Shown piece after piece: positions 1 to 5,849 of a stretch of DNA of 5,849 nt. The DNA is taken from the IMG/VR virus record IMGVR_UViG_2711768015_000003; one strand, written 5' to 3'. Source of the stretch: a virus. Lineage: Duplodnaviria; Heunggongvirae; Uroviricota; Caudoviricetes. The position numbers and the translations under genes are program-made. How positions within the stretch are numbered: the stretch's first letter is position 1; the number at the start of each line of letters is the position of its first letter. The notes under the pieces are model-generated. The model had not been told where the DNA came from. It worked only from the letters and a program-made list of their open reading frames with translations, and did not search any database.

Positions 1-567
1 AAAATTTCTTTTTTTCATTGGAGCACCTGTGTTGTTCTGAGGTGAGCATATCACCTCTGTTCAGGTGGCCAAATTCAGTGTGCCACTTCATTGTCGGTCA
101 GGTTACGTAGTGAACCTCTGGCAGGGGACTGATAATGCATCATTCTGGTGTTGTAAATATCTCTTCGGACAACTTACAAAATATTCTAAGCAAACCCCGG
201 GAACACACTCTTAACTGCCTTGGCTGGCGGTTTTTTGTACAGTGCTCGGTATGTGTGAGCTGGAAATCAGATTTTGCATGGACTGGAATCATGCTGTTAT
301 TTAGGGGCGAAGAACTGGCTTTTTCTTCCGCCTTCTCACCAGTAACGATTAGAAAAATAATGAAATGCCCCCCTCCGGGGAGGAGGACCGTAGAAAAAAG
401 GACCCGCCAGCAAAAACATTGGGGATGAACAGCTTTCGCTACTCAGATTGCTGGCGGGTAAAGTTCCTCATGAATTAAGAATGCTACGCGATCTTTTTTA
501 ATGGAAATGAAAATTATTGTCAATTAGTCGTGCGTGTTTTTTCATACAATATTGGTAAAGGTGATTC

Positions 568-600
568 AGGCCATCAGAGTTTTGCTGATGGCCTTTTTTC
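568..600 (+). terminator. Intrinsic (rho-independent) terminator, candidate late-operon tR'
   Basis: Perfect 10-bp inverted repeat aggccatcag (568-577) / ctgatggcct (585-594) with a 7-nt loop, followed directly by a T-run (594-599). It sits 35 nt upstream of the holin start, the expected position of the terminator that Q antitermination overrides in lambdoid late operons. Confidence 0.6.
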
Positions 601-634
601 TTTCCGATAGCACAGGTCTGTCGGGGGGCGGGAT

Positions 635-850
635 ATGTATCAGATGGAAAAAATATCAACAGGCATTGCCTACGGCACCTCCGCCGGCAGTGCCGGCTAC
701 TGGTTTTTGCAGTGGTTGGATCAGGTCAGTCCATCACAGTGGGCTGCGATTGGTGTGCTGGGAAGTCTGCTTCTGGGGCTTCTGACTTATCTGACAAATC
801 TGTATTTCAAAATAAGAGAAGACAAGCGTAAGGCTGCGAGAGGTGAATAA
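635..850 (+). CDS. S: Class II holin (phage 21 S21-like pinholin) with dual-start motif
   Basis: 71-aa [74 protein letters not shown]: two predicted TM helices and a charged C-terminal tail, closely resembling S21 / E. coli EssD-type pinholins as I remember them. Met1 (635) and Met4 (644) form the classic antiholin/holin dual start. A G-rich RBS lies upstream (623-632). The stop TAA (848-850) overlaps the endolysin ATG (850). Confidence 0.9.
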   Translation: MYQMEKISTGIAYGTSAGSAGYWFLQWLDQVSPSQWAAIGVLGSLLLGLLTYLTNLYFKIREDKRKAARGE

Positions 851-1217
851 TGTCGCCATCATTACGCAAGGCTGTTGCAGCTGCTATTGGTGGTGGGGCT
901 GTTGCTATAGCATCTGTGTTAATCACTGGCCCAGGTGGTAACGATGGTCTGGAAGGTGTCAGCTACATACCATACAAAGATATCATTGGTGTATGGACTG
1001 TATGTCACGGACACACCGGAAAAGACATCATGCTCGGTAAAACGTATACCGAAGCAGAATGCAAAGCCCTCCTGAATAAAGACCTTGCCACTGTCGCCAG
1101 ACAAATTAACCCGTACATCAAAGTCGATATACCGGAAACAACGCGCGGCGCTCTTTACTCGTTCGTTTACAACGTGGGCGCTGGCAATTTCAGAACATCG
1201 ACGCTTCTTCGCAAAAT
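850..1217 (+). CDS. R: SAR endolysin (phage 21 R-like lysozyme), N-terminal ~122 codons; the 3' end is lost in the N gap
   Basis: Translation [64 protein letters not shown]... has a Gly/Ala-rich weakly hydrophobic N-terminal signal-anchor-release domain, then a lysozyme catalytic triad at E35, D44 and T50, as in R21-type SAR endolysins. It is translationally coupled to the pinholin (TAATG overlap). The reading frame is still open where the N run begins at 1218, so the true stop is hidden. Confidence 0.9.
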
Positions 1218-1467
1218 NNNNNNNNNNNNNNNNNNNNNNNNNNNNNNNNNNNNNNNNNNNNNNNNNNNNNNNNNNNNNNNNNNNNNNNNNNNNNNNNNNN
1301 NNNNNNNNNNNNNNNNNNNNNNNNNNNNNNNNNNNNNNNNNNNNNNNNNNNNNNNNNNNNNNNNNNNNNNNNNNNNNNNNNNNNNNNNNNNNNNNNNNNN
1401 NNNNNNNNNNNNNNNNNNNNNNNNNNNNNNNNNNNNNNNNNNNNNNNNNNNNNNNNNNNNNNNNNNN
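1218..1467. other. 250-nt run of N (assembly gap or masked sequence)
   Basis: Directly visible as n characters. It removes the endolysin C-terminus, the Rz N-terminus and the Rz1 start. Confidence 1.
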
Positions 1468-1644
1468 GCAGTCTGTCAGTCAGTGCGTGAAGCCACCACC
1501 GCCTCCGGCGTGGATAATGCAACCAGCCCCCGACTGGCAGACACCGCTGAACGGGATTATTTCACCCTCAGAGAGCGGCTGATGACGATGCAGATGCAAC
1601 TGGAAGGGGCACAGGAGTATATCCGCACTCAGTGCATTAAGTAG
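1468..1644 (+). CDS. Rz: Rz i-spanin (inner-membrane spanin), C-terminal 58 codons; the 5' end is in the N gap
   Basis: Translation after the gap, AVCQSVREATTASGVDNATSPRLADTAERDYFTLRERLMTMQMQLEGAQEYIRTQCIK*, resembles the lambda Rz C-terminus as I recall it. Stop TAG at 1642-1644. Confidence 0.85.
   Translation, partial: AVCQSVREATTASGVDNATSPRLADTAERDYFTLRERLMTMQMQLEGAQEYIRTQCIK
1469..1582 (+). CDS. Rz1: Rz1 o-spanin (outer-membrane lipoprotein spanin), C-terminal 37 codons, embedded in the +1 frame of Rz; the start is in the N gap
   Basis: The +1 frame relative to Rz reads QSVSQCVKPPPPPAWIMQPAPDWQTPLNGIISPSESG*, a proline-rich sequence resembling the lambda Rz1 C-terminus as I recall it. 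Stop TGA at 1580-1582. This is the classic embedded-gene spanin architecture. Confidence 0.8.
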   Translation, partial: QSVSQCVKPPPPPAWIMQPAPDWQTPLNGIISPSESG

Positions 1645-1686
1645 CCTTTTTATCGTGGTAAACATTTCGCAGGGTATGAGGTATTT

Positions 1687-2037
1687 ATGCCATCACTAAT
1701 CCCACGTGCCTGCCGTAAGCGTGGATGTGCAGGTACAACCACAGACAGTTCGGGTTACTGCGATAAACATCGCGGTGAAGGCTGGGTGCAGCACCAGCGC
1801 GGACTGAGCCGCCACCAGCGTGGCTATGGCTCAAAATGGACGGTGATTCGTGCCCGTATTCTGAAGCGCGATAAAGGTCTGTGTCAGTTGTGTCTGCGTG
1901 TCGGTGTGGTGAGCGAGGCGAAAACCGTCGACCACATCATCCCGAAAGCGCATGGCGGAACAGACGCAGACAGCAACCTGCAGAGTCTGTGCTGGCCCTG
2001 CCATAAAGCGAAAACAGCGCGCGAACGAATCCGGTGA
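1687..2037 (+). CDS. HNH endonuclease, terminase-associated (HK97 gp74-like)
   Basis: 116-aa ORF with an RBS (gagg, 1677-1680) 6 nt before the ATG. It has Cys pairs (CRKRGC, CQLC, CWPCH) and an HNH core (VDHIIPKAHGGTDADSNLQSLCWPCH). It lies immediately upstream of terS, as is typical of HK97-like cos phages, and ends in a double stop (TGA TAA). Confidence 0.9.
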   Translation: MPSLIPRACRKRGCAGTTTDSSGYCDKHRGEGWVQHQRGLSRHQRGYGSKWTVIRARILKRDKGLCQLCLRVGVVSEAKTVDHIIPKAHGGTDADSNLQSLCWPCHKAKTARERIR

Positions 2038-2052
2038 TAATTATTCTCACTT

Positions 2053-2120
2053 GTAGGGAGGGGCGGGGCAAATCCCTGTGACCTGACGTCTTCCGGACTG
2101 CCCGCCCCATCGTTTTTTTA
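2053..2120. other. Candidate cos / packaging-recognition element in the HNH-terS intergenic region (GC-rich imperfect inverted repeat plus T-run)
   Basis: Non-coding 112-nt spacer between the HNH stop and the terS RBS. It contains gggaggggcggggca (2056-2070) and its imperfect reverse complement tgcccgcccc (2099-2108), about 28 nt apart, with an inner aggga/tccct repeat (2055-2059 / 2073-2077), followed by atcgttttttta. The position between the HNH and terS genes is where cos lies in HK97-like phages. Confidence 0.35.
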
Positions 2121-2158
2121 TACCCGCGAAAAATGAAATTTAACCAGGAGTGCCGCAT

Positions 2159-2653
2159 ATGGCTGGAACGGCGGGGCGTTCCGGGCGTCGCCCCAAGCCA
2201 ACGGCGCGCAAGGCGCTGGCCGGAAACCCCGGCAAGCGAGCCCTGAACAAAGATGAACCTGTTTTTACGCCCATCAAAGGTGTTGAGCCACCAGAGTGGT
2301 TCGCTGAAGAAGATCTCCCTCTCGCCACGATCATGTGGCAACTGACAACCAAAGAACTCTGCGGTCAGGGCCTGCTGTGCGTGACTGACCTGGCGGTACT
2401 TGAGCGGTGGTGCGTGGCCTATGAGTTCTGGCGACGTGCCGTGAAAAATATTGCCATACAGGGCAACACCATCACCGGTGCAATGGGCGGCAGGGTCAAA
2501 AATCCGGAGCTGACCGCCAAAAAAGAACAGGAGTCCGAGATGAGCAGCACGGGGGCAATGCTCGGACTCGACCCCAGCAGCCGCCAGCGTCTGATTGGCC
2601 TGGCGGGGCAGAAGAAAGCCACTAACCCGTTTCTGAAAATTATCGAATCATGA
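2159..2653 (+). CDS. terS: Terminase small subunit (P27-family-like)
   Basis: ORF with AGGAG (2145-2149) 9 nt before ATG 2159. The ORF track starts at GTG 2150, which overlaps the RBS, so I prefer 2159. The product is basic at the N-terminus ([41 protein letters not shown]...), as expected of phage small terminases of the P27 type. Its stop TGA (2651-2653) overlaps the terL ATG (2650) as ATGA. Confidence 0.85.
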   Translation: MAGTAGRSGRRPKPTARKALAGNPGKRALNKDEPVFTPIKGVEPPEWFAEEDLPLATIMWQLTTKELCGQGLLCVTDLAVLERWCVAYEFWRRAVKNIAIQGNTITGAMGGRVKNPELTAKKEQESEMSSTGAMLGLDPSSRQRLIGLAGQKKATNPFLKIIES

Positions 2654-4383
2654 GCCGGAAATCTTACCCCAACGTAAATGCTGCAAATCAGTATGCCCGG
2701 GATGTCGTGCGCGGAAAGATTGTTGCCTGCCAGTTTGTGATTCAGGCCTGCCAGCGCCATCTTGATGACCTGATGGCGGAAAAAAGTAAGTCGTTTCGTT
2801 ACCGCTTCGACAAGGACCTGGCTGAACGGGCCGCGAAATTTATTCAGCTGTTGCCGCACACCAAGGGGGAGTGGGCATTCAAACGGATGCCCATCACGCT
2901 GGAGCCGTGGCAGCTATTTGTGATCTGCTGTGCGTTTGGCTGGGTCAATAAAGGCACCCGGTTGCGCCGCTTCCGGGAGGTGTACACCGAAATCCCCCGT
3001 AAGAACGGCAAATCAGCAATCTCTGCCGGTGTTGCCCTGTATTGTTTTGCCTGTGATAACGAGTTTGGCGCGGAAGTGTATTCCGGTGCCACGACAGAGA
3101 AACAGGCGTGGGAAGTCTTTCGCCCGGCGCGACTGATGTGTAAACGCACACCCATGCTGACGGAAGCGTTCGGGATTGAGGTTAACGCCTCAAACATGAA
3201 CCGTCCGGAGGATGGCGCGCGGTTTGAACCGCTGATCGGCAACCCAGGTGATGGTTCATCACCCCACTGTGCCGTGGTTGATGAATATCACGAGCATGCC
3301 ACCGATGCGCTTTATACCACAATGCTTACCGGGATGGGGGCGCGACGTCAGCCACTGATGTGGGCCATCACCACCGCCGGGTACAACATTGAGGGGCCGT
3401 GCTACGACAAGCGGCGGGAAGTCATCGAGATGCTCAACGGCTCGGTGCCTAACGATGAACTGTTCGGGATCATCTATACCGTTGATGAAGGTGACGACTG
3501 GACCGGCCCGCAGGTGCTGGAAAAAGCCAATCCAAATATTGGCGTGTCGGTTTATCGCGAATTTTTGTTAAGTCAGCAGCAGCGTGCGAAAAATAACGCC
3601 CGTCTGGCAAACGTCTTTAAAACAAAACACCTCAATATCTGGGTGTCGGCGCGTTCGGCGTATTTCAACTTGGTGAGCTGGCAGAGCTGCGAGGATAAAT
3701 CACTGACCCTTGAGCAGTTCGAGGGGCAGCCGTGCATTCTGGCCTTTGACCTGGCGCGTAAGCTGGATATGAACAGCATGGCGCGACTTTATACCCGCGA
3801 GATTGACGGTAAAACGCATTACTACAGTGTGGCCCCGCGTTTCTGGGTACCGTATGACACGGTGTACAGCGTCGAGAAAAATGAAGATCGACGGACAGCC
3901 GAACGCTTTCAGAAATGGGTGGAAATGGGCGTTCTGACCGTTACCGATGGTGCGGAGGTGGATTATCGCTACATCCTCGAGGAGGCCAAAGCGGCGAACA
4001 AAATCAGCCCGGTCAGTGAGTCACCCATCGACCCCTTCGGGGCGACCGGGTTGTCACATGACCTTGCTGATGAAGACCTGAATCCCGTCACTATCGTCCA
4101 GAACTTCACCAATATGTCCGATCCGATGAAAGAGCTGGAAGCAGCGATTGAATCGGGACGTTTTCATCATGACGGCAATCCCATCATGACCTGGTGTATC
4201 GGCAACGTGGTCGGCAAAAACATGCCGGGTAACGATGATGTGGTGAAACCCGTCAAAGAGCAGGCGGAAAACAAAATCGATGGTGCAGTTGCGCTGATTA
4301 TGGCGGTTGGCAGAGCCATGCTGTACGAGAAAGAAGACACGCTGTCTGACCACATTGAGTCCTACGGGATCCGCTCGCTTTAA
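2650..4383 (+). CDS. terL: Terminase large subunit (ATPase plus nuclease)
   Basis: 577-aa ORF with a Walker A-like P-loop ([14 protein letters not shown]), a Walker B-like motif ([10 protein letters not shown]) and a C-terminal acidic nuclease-type region (DPFGATG ... [12 protein letters not shown]). The size and order are typical of a large terminase. It is translationally coupled to terS. Confidence 0.95.
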   Translation: MSRKSYPNVNAANQYARDVVRGKIVACQFVIQACQRHLDDLMAEKSKSFRYRFDKDLAERAAKFIQLLPHTKGEWAFKRMPITLEPWQLFVICCAFGWVNKGTRLRRFREVYTEIPRKNGKSAISAGVALYCFACDNEFGAEVYSGATTEKQAWEVFRPARLMCKRTPMLTEAFGIEVNASNMNRPEDGARFEPLIGNPGDGSSPHCAVVDEYHEHATDALYTTMLTGMGARRQPLMWAITTAGYNIEGPCYDKRREVIEMLNGSVPNDELFGIIYTVDEGDDWTGPQVLEKANPNIGVSVYREFLLSQQQRAKNNARLANVFKTKHLNIWVSARSAYFNLVSWQSCEDKSLTLEQFEGQPCILAFDLARKLDMNSMARLYTREIDGKTHYYSVAPRFWVPYDTVYSVEKNEDRRTAERFQKWVEMGVLTVTDGAEVDYRYILEEAKAANKISPVSESPIDPFGATGLSHDLADEDLNPVTIVQNFTNMSDPMKELEAAIESGRFHHDGNPIMTWCIGNVVGKNMPGNDDVVKPVKEQAENKIDGAVALIMAVGRAMLYEKEDTLSDHIESYGIRSL

Positions 4384-4394
4384 CTGAGGTAATT

Positions 4395-4577
4395 ATGATC
4401 ATGCTGATTCTCGCGCCTCTGGTGGGCGTGCTGGGTGCGCTTTTGCTGGCGTATGGTGCCTGGCTGATTTATCCCCCGGCGGGTTTTGTTGTTGCCGGGG
4501 CGCTGTGCCTGTTCTGGTCGTGGCTGGTGGCGCGATATCTCGACCGTACACGGCAGTCTGTCGGCGGAGGTAAATAG
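4395..4577 (+). CDS. Hypothetical small membrane protein (60 aa, two predicted TM helices)
   Basis: [63 protein letters not shown] has two hydrophobic segments separated by YPP and a basic C-terminus. gaggt (4386-4390) lies 4 nt before the ATG. It exactly fills the terL-portal spacer, and its stop TAG (4575-4577) overlaps the candidate portal GTG (4577). I recognise no family. Confidence 0.5.
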   Translation: MIMLILAPLVGVLGALLLAYGAWLIYPPAGFVVAGALCLFWSWLVARYLDRTRQSVGGGK

Positions 4578-5733
4578 TGTTCTTTTCGGGATTATTTCAA
4601 CGAAAAAGCGATGTGCCGGTGACCACGCCAGCAGAACTGCTGATGCTATCGGGCTGTCATACGACACCTATACCGGAAAGCGGATCAGTAGCCAGCGGGC
4701 CATGCGCCTGACGGCGGTCTATTCTTGCGTCAGGGTGCTGGCAGAGTCTGTTGGTATGCTGCCCTGCAGTCTCTACAAAATCAGCGGTACCCTGAAAACA
4801 CGGGCGGTGGATGAACGACTGCATAAGTTGGTTTCGGCAAAACCTAATGGCTACATGACACCGCAGGAATTCTGGGAGCTGGTTATTGTCTGCCTGTGTC
4901 TACGGGGGAATTTTTACGCCTACAAGGTAAAGGCACTGGGAGAAGTGGTGGAGCTTCTTCCGATAGATCCGGGCTGTGTGGAACCGAAGCTGAACAGCCA
5001 GTGGCAGCCGGTTTATCAGGTGACGTTTCCGGATGGTTCCGTGGATGTGTTGACCCAGAATGAAATCTGGCATGTGCGCACCCTGACGCTGGATGGACTT
5101 GTCGGGCTGAATCCCATTGCGTATGCGCGTGAGGCCATTTCACTGGCAGCGGCAACCGAGGAGCACGGTGCCAGGTTGTTTAGTAATGGTGCGGTGACAT
5201 CCGGTGTGTTGCGTACGGAACAAAAGCTCACGCCGGATGCTTACGAGCGTCTGAAGAAAGATTTTGAGGAGTGTCACACGGGGCTTGGCAATGCTCACCG
5301 CCCGATGATTCTGGAAATGGGGCTGGACTGGAAGTCGATGGCGCTGAACGCCGAGGACAGTCAGTTCCTGGAAACCCGCAAGTTTCAGCTGGAAGAAATC
5401 TGTCGTCTGTTCCGGGTGCCGTTGCACATGGTGCAGAACACCGATCGCGCCACCTTCAACAATATCGAAGAGCTGGGGCTGGGATTTATCAACTATTCAC
5501 TGGTGCCGTATCTGACCCGCATCGAACAGCGGATCAACACCGGACTGGTACGAAAAAGTAAGCAGGGCGTTTATTACGCCAAATTTAACGCCGGGGCGTT
5601 ACTGCGCGGGGATATGAAGTCCCGTTTTGAAGCCTACGCCACCGGGATCAACTGGGGAATTTACTCTTCCAATGACTGCCGCGACCTGGAAGATATGAAT
5701 CCGCGTCCCGGTGGTGTAATGCCGATCAGTTAA
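4577..5733 (+). CDS. Portal protein (HK97-family-like); the N-terminal 26 codons are in a different frame from the main body (apparent 1-nt frameshift near 4651-4653)
   Basis: The main ORF (frame 1) runs to TAA 5731-5733 and looks portal-like in size, position after terL, and sequence (AMRLTAVYSCVRVLAESVGMLPCSLY...). The ORF track starts it at TTG 4486 inside the upstream gene, with no RBS and an implausible extension. In frame 2, GTG 4577 sits 6 nt after GGAGG (4566-4570) and reads MFFSGLFQRKSDVPVTTPAELLMLSG..., which looks like a genuine N-terminus, before stopping at 4709-4711. Adding one G to the GGG run at 4651-4653 would join the two frames as ...AELLMLSGLSYDTYTGKRISSQRAMRLTAVYSC... Confidence 0.8.
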
Positions 5734-5765
5734 GGATCAGTTGACCGATCCAGTGGCTGTGTAAG

Positions 5766-5800
5766 AATCCGGAAACGCTCACTTGTTTCCGGATTTTTTT
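5766..5800 (+). terminator. Intrinsic (rho-independent) terminator downstream of the portal gene
   Basis: Perfect 11-bp inverted repeat aatccggaaac (5766-5776) / gtttccggatt (5785-5795) with an 8-nt loop, running into a T-run that ends at 5800. Terminator geometry exists only on the + strand. Confidence 0.7.
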
Positions 5801-5849
5801 ATGCACATTGGACAGGCTCTTGATCTGGTATCCCGTTACGATTCTCTGC

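Noticed and set aside
1-634. tRNA genes or stx-like cargo between Q and S
   Set aside because: I found no T-arm-like GGTTCGAATCC motif or cloverleaf candidate and no cargo-sized ORF. The region looks non-coding apart from the doubtful 135-428 ORF.
534-785. 83-aa + strand ORF overlapping the holin in another frame
   Set aside because: It overlaps the well-supported pinholin ORF, starts inside the terminator region with no RBS, and has a low-complexity translation. It is a shadow ORF.
850-1644. Single 264-aa ORF in the six-frame track
   Set aside because: It exists only because the N run is translated as X. It is really the endolysin N-terminus plus the Rz C-terminus, and the frame relationship across the gap is unknowable.
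1937-2352. Minus-strand ORFs (134 aa and 70 aa) spanning the HNH 3' end, the cos spacer and the terS 5' end
   Set aside because: They are antisense to two well-supported genes and cross the GC-rich intergenic region. They are GC-skew shadow ORFs.
4486-4576. TTG 4486 as the portal start (as in the ORF track)
   Set aside because: It has no RBS, overlaps the upstream small ORF by 92 nt, and gives an implausible N-terminus ([15 protein letters not shown]...). The RBS-supported GTG 4577 in the adjacent frame is preferred.
2419-4667. Assorted minus-strand and alternate-frame ORFs within terS, terL and the portal 5' end (e.g. 2419-2859, 2844-3242, 2930-3136, 3389-3571, 3573-3779, 4054-4353, 4380-4667)
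   Set aside because: All lie inside or antisense to the long, motif-supported terminase and portal ORFs and have no independent signals.
4883-5561. Minus-strand and alternate-frame ORFs inside the portal gene (4883-5155, 5016-5231, 5140-5427, 5271-5561)
   Set aside because: Shadow ORFs within a well-supported coding region. Their translations are Pro/Arg/His-rich, typical of out-of-frame GC-rich sequence.
5801-5849. ATG at 5801 opening a frame to the window end (MHIGQALDLVSRYDSL...)
   Set aside because: Only 16 codons are visible and no RBS precedes it, since the terminator T-run abuts the ATG. It may be the next head gene, but that cannot be supported from this window.
1-5849. CRISPR arrays, insertion-sequence ends or integrase/attachment sites
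   Set aside because: I saw no regularly spaced direct repeats, terminal inverted repeats bracketing a transposase, or recombinase ORFs.

Overview
This window is a segment of a lambdoid (phage 21 / HK97-like) enterobacterial phage or prophage, with every credible gene on the + strand. It runs: ~630 nt of apparently non-coding late-gene leader ending in a strong intrinsic terminator (tR'-like); a phage-21-type lysis cassette (dual-start pinholin, SAR endolysin, Rz/Rz1 spanins) interrupted by a 250-nt run of N (1218-1467); then the start of the packaging/head module (HNH endonuclease, GC-rich candidate cos region, small terminase, large terminase, a 60-aa two-helix membrane ORF, portal) and another intrinsic terminator. 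I do not see a convincing novel multi-gene system. The items most worth follow-up are the uncharacterised small membrane ORF between terL and portal, an apparent 1-nt frameshift near the portal N-terminus, the N gap that hides the endolysin/Rz junction, the candidate cos element, and structured non-coding elements in the 5' leader. Protein identifications come from reading the translations and recognising family motifs or remembered homologues; no database search was run.
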